Assembly (NCBI GenBank): GCA_964474755.1 | Contig: CAYYUG010000011.1 | Span: forward strand, 8,698-72,697 | DNA length: 64,000 nt | Origin: an uncultured Rhodospirillaceae bacterium | GTDB lineage: Bacteria > Pseudomonadota > Alphaproteobacteria > UBA8366 > GCA-2717185 | Direction: 5' to 3' | Notes under the pieces: model-generated | The model's input: only the letters and a program-made list of their open reading frames with translations | What the model was told of the DNA's origin: nothing | Databases searched by the model: none | Made by a program: the position numbers and the translations under genes | Shown here: piece after piece, positions 49,758 through 59,738 of the stretch | How positions within the stretch are numbered: the stretch's first letter is position 1 | How the letters are laid out: every line of letters begins with the position of its first letter

Positions 49758-50951
49758 ATGTTTCAAACGTTAGACGACCTTGATTTCACCGGTCGCCGCG
49801 TCATCCTGCGTGGTGATCTCAATGTGCCCATGAGCGATGGGCAGGTTACCGACGCGACCCGCCTCAACCGGCTCGCCCCTACTATCAACCAGCTCACGGA
49901 AGGCGGCGCCAAGGTCATAGTCATCTCCCATTTCGGCAGACCGAAAGGAAAGGTCGTGCCGGAGATGTCCTTGCGGCCCGTCGCTGCGGCCCTGTCCAAA
50001 TCGCTGGGCGGAAGGCCGGTTAATTTCGCAGCTGACTGCATTGGCGAAATTGCGCAACAAGCGGTGGACGCGCTGTCCAATGGTGACGTCCTGCTAACAG
50101 AAAACCTGCGCTATCACCCTGGCGAAGAAGCAAACGATCCAGCCTTCGTGGCGCAACTCGCTGCCCTGGGCGACCTATACGTCAACGATGCTTTCTCCGC
50201 GGCCCATCGTGCGCATGCATCCACCGAAGGTATCGCACACAAACTTCCCGCCGCCGCGGGCCGCAACATGGATGAGGAACTTAAAGCGCTCAGTGGAGCT
50301 TTAGACAACCCACAACGTCCGCTCGCCGCCATAGTCGGTGGCGCAAAGATATCGAGTAAGCTGGATGTGCTAGGCCATCTTGTGGCCAAGGTGGACCGAC
50401 TAATTATAGGCGGTGGCATGGCGAATACCTTCCTTTACGCTCAGGGTGTTGCGATCGGCGCAAGTCTGTGCGAGCACGATCTGGCCGATACTGCACGCGA
50501 TATCCTGGCGCAAGCCGAGACAAAGAACTGCAGTATCATGTTGCCAGAGGATGCCGTCGTCGCCGCAAAATTTGAAGCAGGTATGCCGTGCAAAACCGTG
50601 GCGTTGGATGCGGTACCGCAAGACCAGATGATCCTCGATTTCGGGTCAAAGAGCATCGCTGCGATCGAAGCACAGCTCACCGATTGCCGTACCCTGGTTT
50701 GGAACGGTCCGCTTGGTGCGTTCGAGGTTCCACCGTTCGATGCAGCAACCGTCGCAGTGGCACAAGCCGCCGCGAAGATGACTGACGCTGGCAACATGGC
50801 GACGGTGGCCGGTGGCGGTGACACGGTAGCGGCACTCGTCCATGCAGGCGTGTCAGAACGTTTTAGCTACGTTTCGACCGCGGGCGGCGCATTCCTGGAA
50901 TGGCTTGAAGGCCGGACACTACCTGGCGTGGCAGCCCTGCAGCAGAATTAA
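49758..50951 (+). CDS. pgk: phosphoglycerate kinase
   Basis: 397 aa. [37 protein letters not shown]. Confidence 0.95.
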   Translation: MFQTLDDLDFTGRRVILRGDLNVPMSDGQVTDATRLNRLAPTINQLTEGGAKVIVISHFGRPKGKVVPEMSLRPVAAALSKSLGGRPVNFAADCIGEIAQQAVDALSNGDVLLTENLRYHPGEEANDPAFVAQLAALGDLYVNDAFSAAHRAHASTEGIAHKLPAAAGRNMDEELKALSGALDNPQRPLAAIVGGAKISSKLDVLGHLVAKVDRLIIGGGMANTFLYAQGVAIGASLCEHDLADTARDILAQAETKNCSIMLPEDAVVAAKFEAGMPCKTVALDAVPQDQMILDFGSKSIAAIEAQLTDCRTLVWNGPLGAFEVPPFDAATVAVAQAAAKMTDAGNMATVAGGGDTVAALVHAGVSERFSYVSTAGGAFLEWLEGRTLPGVAALQQN

Positions 50952-50998
50952 TCAATACCGCTATCGATTTTAGTTGTTCAGCTGGGCATCACCGTCCA

Positions 50999-51616
50999 GT
51001 GACAAACAACCAAATCCCGGAAGGGCTTGTCTGGGCAGCGTCCACGGTCCAGATTGCCGGCATGTCCGATACAAGGCCCCCGGCCTCAAAACCTTTCAAG
51101 CCACCGCAAATCGGTCCGCGCATCCGGGAAATTCCGGAGGGCGACAACCGACCACGGCTAATCTGTCCCGAATGTGCATATATTCAATACGATAATCCAT
51201 TGGTCGTCGTTGGCGCGGTCGTAACATACCAGGATCGTATCCTGCTGTGCCGGCGCGCCATCGAGCCGCGAAGCGGTTTTTGGACCATCCCCGCCGGTTA
51301 TCTTGAGCTGAACGAAAATGCGGAGATGGGTGCTATTCGGGAAGCGAAGGAAGAAGCCTGCGCCGATATCGAAATAGATGCGCTGCTCGCCGTCTACAAC
51401 GTGACCCGCATCAGCCAGATTCAACTCATCTATCGCGCGACGCTACCGTCACCCGACATCGCGGCGGGCGAAGAAAGTTTGGAAGTCGCCCTCTTCTCCT
51501 GGGACAAAATCCCATGGGACGATCTCGCTTTCCCGTCAAACCACTGGGCTTTAAAACACCATCGTGAGGTAGCAAACAAACCAGTCTTCACCGCACGGAC
51601 CAATCCTCCGGATTAA
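50999..51616 (+). CDS. NUDIX hydrolase with N-terminal zinc-ribbon
   Basis: [12 protein letters not shown], then NUDIX box [24 protein letters not shown]. The start is uncertain (an alternative ATG is at 51062). Confidence 0.78.
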   Translation: MTNNQIPEGLVWAASTVQIAGMSDTRPPASKPFKPPQIGPRIREIPEGDNRPRLICPECAYIQYDNPLVVVGAVVTYQDRILLCRRAIEPRSGFWTIPAGYLELNENAEMGAIREAKEEACADIEIDALLAVYNVTRISQIQLIYRATLPSPDIAAGEESLEVALFSWDKIPWDDLAFPSNHWALKHHREVANKPVFTARTNPPD

Positions 51617-52191
51617 TCCCTTTCAGGTGGCGCAGGTTCTTCAGAATCGATTTGATAGCGGCTGATCAAGGGCGCCTGACAGGCCATAAAAGCGAAGGTA
51701 ATCGCAATTGCCCCAAAAATTTTGTAATTCACCCAAAAATCAGTGCTCTGCGTGCGCCATATAATTTCGTTTGCGATCGCCATCGCCGCAAAAAACAGGC
51801 CAAACCGCAACGTTAGAAGGTTCCACCCTTTGTCTGTTAAGGTCCACGCCGCGCTAAACAGCGGTCGAAGCAGTGGCTTTTTCAGGGCGAGGCCGCCAAG
51901 CAGAACAATTGCAAACAAGGCTTGAACTATCGTCGGCTTCATCTTGATGAAACGCTCATCGTCCAGGAGCAAGGTAAGCCCACCAAACACCATAACGATA
52001 ACAGCCGTCACCACCAGCACGATGGGAACGCGACGTTCGATGATAAAAGAAATGGCTAGTGCCACCCCAGTGGCGGCCATAAACCAGGCCGTCGCCATGA
52101 GCAGGTCAGCCTTGTAATAGGCGATCAGAAATATGCCAAGAGGGCCATATTCGATCGTCGGACGCAGCCAGGTTGGAGACTTGTTTTCCAT
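51613..52191 (-). CDS. yciB: intracellular septation protein A
   Basis: Start [11 protein letters not shown] at 52191. Five hydrophobic segments and the KMKPTIV motif typical of YciB/IspZ. Confidence 0.8.
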   Translation of the reverse strand: MENKSPTWLRPTIEYGPLGIFLIAYYKADLLMATAWFMAATGVALAISFIIERRVPIVLVVTAVIVMVFGGLTLLLDDERFIKMKPTIVQALFAIVLLGGLALKKPLLRPLFSAAWTLTDKGWNLLTLRFGLFFAAMAIANEIIWRTQSTDFWVNYKIFGAIAITFAFMACQAPLISRYQIDSEEPAPPERD

Positions 52192-52635
52192 AGCGTGAAT
52201 ATAGAGGCCCAGCAACTGGGCTGAAAGGGCACTGTTCGGATACTGTCCGCAAGCCTAGGACAACTGAACGCAGCTGACGCGCCCAGCCAACGAAGGGGCA
52301 GCACATAGAGAGATTCCATCCCATTACGATATTCTATGAAAAGAAGGTTTCCATTCGCATCGAAATCCCACTGATCCAAAACGGCCCTGAAGTACTTATA
52401 AATCTGATTTACAATCTGCAGGAGTGCATCAACGCACAAAACACTTATGAATTTTTTTAGTGTATCTGACCGGTTACTCGGCTATGGCAACAACTATTTA
52501 ACGCGTGAAAAGAGGGTAAAGGGGACTGCACCGACACAGCAGTCGCCTAACAATAGGAAGGGCCGACTGAATGGTGTGTATTTTTACAGTGACCTAAGCA
52601 AAATGTTTAACGACACGGGATTGGTAGCACACTAG

Positions 52636-53823
52636 TTAGCTAATCGAACCTATCCCGTAGACACCAGTAAGTAATTGGCCCGTCTCGAACCGATCCAGCC
52701 CGTAGCCTCTGATGTCCACATCGGTCGCCTGACCGAGGGCGGTTTGAGCCTGCACCTTACCGATCGCTGGTGCCAGCTTGAAGCCATGGCCGGAGAACCC
52801 AAAATTCACCATCAGTCCGCCGATCCCCGGCACGAATCCTAACACCGGGTTCCAGTCCGGCGTGATATCGTAGGCTCCAACCCAACTGTCTGTGAACTCC
52901 GCGCTGGCGAAACTAGGCATACGGTGTGCGACCAAACCGCCCATATGCAAAATGAAATCATCGCCAACATTTTCGTCAATTGTATCAGCATCGGTGATCG
53001 GGTCGCCATGATCGCCAGTCCCCACCAAGACAACGCCGCCGGTTGCCGGCCGGAAATACATCTTATTATCCGTTGCTAAGTCTTTAACAATCGGCAGCAT
53101 GCGTCCGTATTCCGATCCCGACCGCATAGTCAGCACTGTGTGGCGAGAGACGTCTAGCGGAATGTCGAGGCCTATTTCATCAGTCAGGGACCGCGACCAG
53201 GGACCGATTGCGACGATTACGGTTTCTGCATACAAAATACCCTGGACCGTCTTCACACCCTTTACTTTGCCGCCCTCCAAAATCAAGGAGGTAACGGAGC
53301 ACTCCGTTTTTACCGTAATCCCCTTACGCCGAGCGGCGTTGAGAAAGCTAGTCGTAGTCAGGTAGGGATCAGCGTAACCGGAATCCGGTTCGTAGCCGAT
53401 CACATGAGCATCGTCTACCGACAGCAACGGATGCCGTTCAAGTGCCTCCTCCTTGGAAATTTCATACGTATCGGCACCAACGCCCGCCTGCATAGCTAGA
53501 TTGTCTGCTAGCTTGTTCGCGAAATCGCCTTCAGGCGCGACGATGATATACCCGGAATTTGTAAAGCCGGATTCCGCCTCATCATCTTCCAACCAGTCCT
53601 TGAATTGGCGGAACATTTCAATGCTTTTTACCGTCAGTTGCGTGTTGGTCGGCACGGAATAGTGACTGCGGATGATGGCACAGGACTTCGCGGTACCGCC
53701 GCTGCAAACCGGCCCTCGATCGACAACACAGACATTCAGTTTGCCAAGCTTAGCCAAATGAAACGCGGTTGACGCCCCTATCACACCGGCTCCGACTACG
53801 ATCGCATCAAACGTTTCTGTCAT
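52636..53823 (-). CDS. FAD-dependent oxidoreductase (DAO family)
   Basis: ATG at 53823 after AAAGGA. DAIVVGAGVIGASTAFHLAKLG and the SGHGFKLAP C-terminal motif. Confidence 0.8.
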   Translation of the reverse strand: MTETFDAIVVGAGVIGASTAFHLAKLGKLNVCVVDRGPVCSGGTAKSCAIIRSHYSVPTNTQLTVKSIEMFRQFKDWLEDDEAESGFTNSGYIIVAPEGDFANKLADNLAMQAGVGADTYEISKEEALERHPLLSVDDAHVIGYEPDSGYADPYLTTTSFLNAARRKGITVKTECSVTSLILEGGKVKGVKTVQGILYAETVIVAIGPWSRSLTDEIGLDIPLDVSRHTVLTMRSGSEYGRMLPIVKDLATDNKMYFRPATGGVVLVGTGDHGDPITDADTIDENVGDDFILHMGGLVAHRMPSFASAEFTDSWVGAYDITPDWNPVLGFVPGIGGLMVNFGFSGHGFKLAPAIGKVQAQTALGQATDVDIRGYGLDRFETGQLLTGVYGIGSIS

Positions 53824-53934
53824 ATCGACGTCCTTTATCGTTTCACTGCACGTTAACCGCGCCCCGGAGCGGGTGCAATTGCACCGCGCCAGTCGCTGTA
53901 ATAACTTCGGACTAATCGAAAAAGGGAGACAGTG

Positions 53935-54813
53935 ATGTCGAAGGGTAAGCAATTACGCGATTTGATGACCAGTGATGGAATGGTCCTAGCACCGGGCGCC
54001 TATGACGGGCTGACGGCAAAACTAGTCGCCCAGGCCGAATTCTCGGCCGTCTACATGACCGGGGCAGGCACGTCCTGCAGCCATGGCTACCCCGATTACG
54101 GACTAATCACGATGAGTGAGATGGTCGCCAACGCTGGCCGTATGGCGGACGCGGTAAATCAGCCTGTGATTTCTGATGCCGACAACGGGTATGGCAACGA
54201 ACTCAATACTTTTCGCACGATTCAGGAGTTCGAGAAGGCAGGTGTCGCAGGGGTTCATTTGGAAGATCAGGCATTCCCAAAACGTTGTGGCCATCTGGAA
54301 GACAAAGAACTAATCCCGCTTGACGACTATCTAGCCAAAATTCGCGCCGCAGCCGACGCCAGACGCGATCCAAACTTCGTCATCATCGCGCGCACAGACG
54401 CACGTGCCTCGCTCGGCTTTGAGGAGGCGGTCAAGCGGTGTAACGCGGCGTTGCAGGCCGGCGCCGACGTGGCGTTCCTGGAAGCACCGCAGAACATGGA
54501 TGAGATCGCCGCAGCACCACGCGAAATTAACGGACCCTGCCTGTTAAACGTGGTACGAGGCGGCAAAACGCCGGAGATCGAATTCGTACAGGCAAAAGAA
54601 ATGGGCTACCGCATCGCCATCGTCCCGGGCCTGCTTTTCGTCCAGGTTATCGGAGCATGTGAAAAAATACTGGCCGCGATGAAGGCGGAAGGGAAGCATC
54701 CAGCACCAATCACCGAAATGAGCCCAGGGGGAGCCTTCGGCCGGGCCGGCGCATCTGACTGGGATCCCCGACGCGAGATCTACCGGGAGGCACCACAGCA
54801 AGCCGCCGAATGA
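53935..54813 (+). CDS. isocitrate lyase/PEP mutase superfamily C-C lyase (methylisocitrate-lyase/oxaloacetate-decarboxylase-like)
   Basis: DADNGYG and HLEDQAFPKRCGH (K-R-C-G-H lyase-type loop). ATG at 53935 lies 5 nt after AAGGGAGA. Confidence 0.78.
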   Translation: MSKGKQLRDLMTSDGMVLAPGAYDGLTAKLVAQAEFSAVYMTGAGTSCSHGYPDYGLITMSEMVANAGRMADAVNQPVISDADNGYGNELNTFRTIQEFEKAGVAGVHLEDQAFPKRCGHLEDKELIPLDDYLAKIRAAADARRDPNFVIIARTDARASLGFEEAVKRCNAALQAGADVAFLEAPQNMDEIAAAPREINGPCLLNVVRGGKTPEIEFVQAKEMGYRIAIVPGLLFVQVIGACEKILAAMKAEGKHPAPITEMSPGGAFGRAGASDWDPRREIYREAPQQAAE

Positions 54814-55967
54814 CTATCACGGGAAGTCGCGCGTCAGATCTAGCGACTCGGGACGGGCTGAGCGCGCTTGAGCGCGCAAAGCGCCAACCGCTCATATTGG
54901 GCTTGTTTCTGCCGATTCAAAATGGTGGCTGGACCATCTCGTCTGCAGCGCGCAATACGGACTGGTCCTTCGACTATAACGCGAAACTGATCGTGAAGGC
55001 GGAAGAGGCCGGCTTTGATCTTGCCTTCGGTCTTGCCCAGTGGCTTGGTTCCGAGGGACACGGCGGTGCCACCAAATACCGTAAATTCTCAATCGATCCG
55101 CTGCTAGTCACCTCCGGTGTTGCGGCGCTCACCCGCAACATCATGCTGATCTCCACAGTACACGTATTGTACGGTTGGCATCCGCTGCATCTGGCTAAGC
55201 TCGGCGCCACCATGGATCATATGACCGGCGGCCGATGGGGCCTGAACCTGGTAACCGGATTCCGGCCAAACGAAATTGAAATGTTCGGGCTCGACCCAAT
55301 ACCGCGTGACGAACGTTATGTCCGGGCAGCAGAGTTCACAGACATACTGGATACGTTGTGGCGATCGGAAGAAGATATTAGCTGGGAAGGGGACTACTGG
55401 TCTCTGAAAAGCGCATACGTCTCGCCCAAACCAGTGCATGGCCGCCCGATCCTGGTCAACGCTGGCAGCTCCAAGGCGGGTCTTGCCTATGCTGCGAAAT
55501 ATTCCGACCTGATTTTTATCACCAGCCCCGGTGGCGCGGAAATCAGTGCTGCGCTGAAAACGCTGCCTGCACACACGGCAGAGATTAAGGCTTTGGCCGC
55601 TGAACAGGGCCGAGAAATTCGAACCGTTATTAATCCGCACGTCATCTGCCGAGATACGGAGCGTGAAGTGGATCAGGTTTGCAAGGCTATTCTCGTCGGC
55701 GAGGACGCGCCCGCTGTCAACAGCCTGGTAGGCACTATGCGCCAAGGCGACCAGTCATCCTGGCGCGGCCATGAAAGACGGCAGCGAATAATCGGCGGTA
55801 ATGTTCAAATTTTTGGCACTCCAGAGCAGGTCGTCGAGCAGTTTGCCGCCCTAAAAGACGCCGGTTGCGATGGTTTGCAGATCAATTTTTTCGATTTTGC
55901 GCCAGACTTAGCCTATTTCGCAAAAAATGTCCTACCGTTGATGAAACAGGCCGGCCTGCGAGTCTAG
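54810..55967 (+). CDS. LLM-class flavin-dependent monooxygenase (RutA/SfnG-like subfamily)
   Basis: 385 aa. LGLFLPIQNGGWTIS...DWSFDYN and MTGGRWGLNLVTGF resemble RutA/SfnG. ATGA overlap with the upstream lyase gene. Confidence 0.8.
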   Translation: MTITGSRASDLATRDGLSALERAKRQPLILGLFLPIQNGGWTISSAARNTDWSFDYNAKLIVKAEEAGFDLAFGLAQWLGSEGHGGATKYRKFSIDPLLVTSGVAALTRNIMLISTVHVLYGWHPLHLAKLGATMDHMTGGRWGLNLVTGFRPNEIEMFGLDPIPRDERYVRAAEFTDILDTLWRSEEDISWEGDYWSLKSAYVSPKPVHGRPILVNAGSSKAGLAYAAKYSDLIFITSPGGAEISAALKTLPAHTAEIKALAAEQGREIRTVINPHVICRDTEREVDQVCKAILVGEDAPAVNSLVGTMRQGDQSSWRGHERRQRIIGGNVQIFGTPEQVVEQFAALKDAGCDGLQINFFDFAPDLAYFAKNVLPLMKQAGLRV

Positions 55968-56033
55968 TTGGTAGCTTTACAAAATACCCGAAAAACCGGA
56001 TAGCGACACAACGCTTGCACCTTCAGCGTGATA

Positions 56034-58478
56034 CTAGCTATGCAGTTTTTCGCCGCCGGGATCATATACCGGTCGGAAACTCGCGGTCGCGGCGAACCGC
56101 CGGCTAGCAATTTCGACCTCAAATCCACCAGCCGACACCATATCATCAACGCTCTTTTCACCCGCCTGCACCAATCCTATCGCAACAGTGCGGTCGACAG
56201 TGTGGCCGAAGGCCGCACTAGACACTTGCCCGACAAAGGCACCATTCCATAGGATCGGTTCGCCACCGATTGCTAGTGCCTCCTTCTCCACCACAGTGAA
56301 TATAACGAGCCTTTTGCGCAGGCCCACTTCCCTCTGTCGCCGCAGGGCTTCCTGGCCGATGAACGGCGTGTCGAGGTCAATTTTAGCCGCAAAGCCCAAC
56401 CCCGCTTCCAACGGTGTGGTCTCCGGTGTCAAATCATGGCCCCAAGCGCGGTAACCCTTCTCGAGCCGCAGACAAGTCATGGCGGTGGTGCCGGCGTCGC
56501 GCAAGCCAAAGTCTCCGCCCACCTCAAACAACATGTCATATACGGCACCGGCGAAACTGATAGGCATGAAGAGTTCCCAACCAAGTTCACCGACATATGA
56601 TAACCGGGCCGCCCGGACCGGCCAGCGCCCCACCGTGATGTCTTGCCAGGACATGTAGGGGAAATCCGCGTTAGATAGGACCCCATCGCTTACGGCACCA
56701 ATGAGATCACGAGCCTTTGGCCCAGCAAGCGCCAGCACCGCAGTGCTCTCTGTCACGTCTTCGATGGTGACCCTTTCATTCCTGAGATTTCGCGTAACCC
56801 AATCGTGGTCGCGGACCGGTTGCGCTGTGCTGGTGACAATCAAATAGTCGTCCGTCGCATAGCGGAAGACAGTGCAATCGGATTCGTAGCCGCCGCGCTC
56901 ATTTAGCATACCGGTGTAGATTACGCGGCCCGGCGCAGCCGACATATCGTTCGCGCAAAGCCGCTGCATCAGCCTCTCCGCTTCTAGGCCTCGCACTCGG
57001 AGCTTGCCGTAGCTGCTCTGATCGAACAAGGCGACATCATTACGTGCAACGGCATGCTCCGCGGCAACATAGTGCTCGAAGTCCGGTCGAGAGAACGTCG
57101 GAGATATGTTAACGGCCACACCATCAGTGGCAAAGAAGCTCGGTCGCTCCCACCCCATTCGCTGGCTGAAATGCGCCCCTTTCATCTTCTGGCGTTCGTG
57201 CAGCGGGCCGTGGCGGACGTCCCGCGCAGACTTAAACTCACGGTGCGGCGCTTCGGTGACGTAGTGCATCGAAAGCACTTCCGGTGCCCGTTCCCGCAAC
57301 ATACGCATATTGTTGTGAAACGGCGCAAAACGACGAATGTCGACCGGCCACAGATCGAGCGTTGGCTCACCCGAAATGATCCATTCGGCCAGCCAGCGTC
57401 CTGCGCCACCACTGCTTGCCATACCGGCCGAATTCATGCCGCAGCCGAGAAAAAACCCGCGCAACTCTGGGGATTCGCCAAGCAGGAAGCGTCCATCTGG
57501 CGTAAAGCTTTCTGGCCCATTCAACAGCATGCGGGCCTCAGCCTGCTCCAAAGCCGGGACGCGGTGTATACCGTTTTTCAGCATTGGTTCAAAATGATCC
57601 CAATCCTCGGCCAATAGATCAAAGGCAAAATCCTTTGGCAGCTGGTTGAGACCGATGGCGCGCGCATTCGGTTCGAAGCTACCAACTAGCAGGCCGCCAA
57701 CATCGTCGCGCAGATAGAGATGCGCATCGTGATCGCCCAGTGTCGGCAAATGCCCTTCGACCTCTTCCAACGGCTGAGTTAGCAGATAAAAATGCTCGCA
57801 GGCGTGCAACGGCGCCGAAACGCCGGCCAGTGCGGCGACCGAATGTGACCACAGTCCAGCGCAGAGCGCCACCGCCTCGCAAGCGATGGTGCCGTGAGGC
57901 GTTTCTACTCCGGTGACTTGTCGGTTCTCAACCGTAAAGCCAGTGACCGGCGCATCCTCCACAATATGTGCACCATTCGCTCGCGCCGCCTTAGTCAGCG
58001 CGGCGCAGAGATCGCTTGGATTGACGCGACCGTCTTCCGGGGACCAGACCGCACCAACCAAATCGTCGGTTCGGATCAAAGGCCACAATCGACCCGCCTC
58101 CTCCGGCGAGACAACGTTCACCTCAATGCCGAATAGCCTGGCCAGCGAGGCTTGGCGCTTGATGTGTATGAAACGTTCCTTGTTTGTCGCAAGACTGAGG
58201 CTGCCAGTTTGCAACCAACCGGTCGACTGCCCAGTCTCTTCCTCCAGACTCTGATATAGCTTGGTGCTGTACTGGATCATCCGTGTCAGGTTCTCGCTGG
58301 AGCGCAATGCACGCACCTGAGCCGCGGAGTGCCAGCTCGTACCCGAAGTAAGCTGCTTGCGCTCAAGCAGAACAACATCGCGACACCCCGCCTTAGCAAG
58401 GTGATAAGCCGTGCTGCATCCCATGACACCACCGCCAATAACAACAACACTAGCGTTGGTTGGGAAAATGTTAGACAT
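56034..58478 (-). CDS. dimethylglycine/sarcosine dehydrogenase-like enzyme (DAO FAD domain fused to GcvT aminomethyltransferase domain)
   Basis: 814 aa. VVVIGGGVMGCSTAYHLAKAG N-terminus and a folate-binding GcvT-like C-terminal half (SYVGELGWELF). Confidence 0.85.
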   Translation of the reverse strand: MSNIFPTNASVVVIGGGVMGCSTAYHLAKAGCRDVVLLERKQLTSGTSWHSAAQVRALRSSENLTRMIQYSTKLYQSLEEETGQSTGWLQTGSLSLATNKERFIHIKRQASLARLFGIEVNVVSPEEAGRLWPLIRTDDLVGAVWSPEDGRVNPSDLCAALTKAARANGAHIVEDAPVTGFTVENRQVTGVETPHGTIACEAVALCAGLWSHSVAALAGVSAPLHACEHFYLLTQPLEEVEGHLPTLGDHDAHLYLRDDVGGLLVGSFEPNARAIGLNQLPKDFAFDLLAEDWDHFEPMLKNGIHRVPALEQAEARMLLNGPESFTPDGRFLLGESPELRGFFLGCGMNSAGMASSGGAGRWLAEWIISGEPTLDLWPVDIRRFAPFHNNMRMLRERAPEVLSMHYVTEAPHREFKSARDVRHGPLHERQKMKGAHFSQRMGWERPSFFATDGVAVNISPTFSRPDFEHYVAAEHAVARNDVALFDQSSYGKLRVRGLEAERLMQRLCANDMSAAPGRVIYTGMLNERGGYESDCTVFRYATDDYLIVTSTAQPVRDHDWVTRNLRNERVTIEDVTESTAVLALAGPKARDLIGAVSDGVLSNADFPYMSWQDITVGRWPVRAARLSYVGELGWELFMPISFAGAVYDMLFEVGGDFGLRDAGTTAMTCLRLEKGYRAWGHDLTPETTPLEAGLGFAAKIDLDTPFIGQEALRRQREVGLRKRLVIFTVVEKEALAIGGEPILWNGAFVGQVSSAAFGHTVDRTVAIGLVQAGEKSVDDMVSAGGFEVEIASRRFAATASFRPVYDPGGEKLHS

Positions 58479-58725
58479 GAGGATCTCTAAAAATTTTTGA
58501 ACCGCTATCGAAGGTCGTTTTCAGGACACGACGATGCACCGTTACTCCCACAAATGCCATTCATTCATCTCTACTTTGTCGGAAATTTCAGACCTGTTGC
58601 AGTTATAACGGTAAAGCCTAATCATTTCGCCGGTCAGCACGACCTGATCCTTGCTATACACTCACTCAACCCTGAAGGCCGATGCTTTGCACCACTGCCA
58701 CCGATAGTCATTGGTAGAAAGTACT

Positions 58726-58739
58726 ACGCAAGCTTGCGT
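58726..58739. terminator. perfect 14-bp palindrome, bidirectional terminator-like
   Basis: ACGCAAGCTTGCGT, flanked by TGTGTATTTTGA on the plus strand and AGUACUUUCU on the minus strand. It lies about 65 nt after the 2-hydroxyacid dehydrogenase stop. Confidence 0.4.
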
Positions 58740-58802
58740 TGTGTATTTTGATCCGTGCCGCTCCGCAAATGCAGCCACCCCGTTCTTTGCCGGTATCGTC
58801 GT

Positions 58803-59726
58803 CTACTTAGGTTCTTCGAGCCCATCGCGTAGTTTCTCTATTCCCATACGCAGAAGCCTCTCCGCAGCTTCCGGCGAGGCCCAGGCAGCGTGCGGGGTCA
58901 GTGTAACGTTATCCAGTTCGCAGAACTGGTTATCCGCTGGAAGCGGTTCATCACCGAATACGTCGAGTGCAGCATAACCGATACGGCCCTGGGCCAGTAG
59001 ATCAGCGAGCGCCACCTCATCAACCAGAGCCCCGCGGGCCGCATTGACCAACACAGCATGTGGCTGTAGCAGTTCGAGCCGACGCCGGTCGATGATCTTT
59101 TCGGTTTCCGGAACCAGGTCTATATGCAAGGTAACCACGTCTGACCGACGCATTAGATCGTCTATCTCGACCGCCTCGCAGTCGACTTCGCCAGACACAC
59201 CACTACGGTTCCATGCGATCACCTTCATTCCAAGCGCAGCCCCAAGCTGCGCCATCGTGCAGCCGACACCACCTAGGCCGATCACACCCAGGGTCTTGCC
59301 TTCCAGTTCGAACCCACCATCGGGCCGCCAGGTACCGCTCCGCACTTCTCGGTCGAGTTGCACGACACGTCGCACGCCAGAAAGTATCAGTGCCAGGGTG
59401 TGTTCCGCGATGGTGCGATTTCCATAGCCAGCAACCCCACAGACAGCAATCCCGCACGTTGCTGCGGCATCCAAGTCAACATAGCTGGCAACCCCGGTGC
59501 CTAGAAAGACTATGACTTTGAGGTCCGGCAACACCTGCAGCAGCTCGGAAGACATCTTCGTGTGACCGTTGAGCACGCCGGTGTACCCCACCAACAGCTC
59601 CGGCAAGTCTACCGGATCTGGATCGCCAATGTGGATATCCAGGAATGGCAAAATATCCGAGATTCCTGGGGTGGTGTCATAGAGCGCCTTTAGCTCAGCA
59701 CTGCAATCGAAGTAGAGCGCCCGCAT
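58803..59726 (-). CDS. D-isomer-specific 2-hydroxyacid dehydrogenase (NAD-binding)
   Basis: 307 aa. GVIGLGGVG, NAARG and TPHAAW (catalytic His). Starts 12 nt after the selenoprotein gene stop. Confidence 0.85.
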   Translation of the reverse strand: MRALYFDCSAELKALYDTTPGISDILPFLDIHIGDPDPVDLPELLVGYTGVLNGHTKMSSELLQVLPDLKVIVFLGTGVASYVDLDAAATCGIAVCGVAGYGNRTIAEHTLALILSGVRRVVQLDREVRSGTWRPDGGFELEGKTLGVIGLGGVGCTMAQLGAALGMKVIAWNRSGVSGEVDCEAVEIDDLMRRSDVVTLHIDLVPETEKIIDRRRLELLQPHAVLVNAARGALVDEVALADLLAQGRIGYAALDVFGDEPLPADNQFCELDNVTLTPHAAWASPEAAERLLRMGIEKLRDGLEEPK

Positions 59727-59738
59727 AATGCTGATGCC

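Noticed and set aside
53935-54813. PEP mutase, implying phosphonate biosynthesis.
   Set aside because: The catalytic loop is E-D-Q-x-x-P-K-R-C-G-H, which is the lyase type. No phosphonopyruvate decarboxylase-like gene is adjacent.
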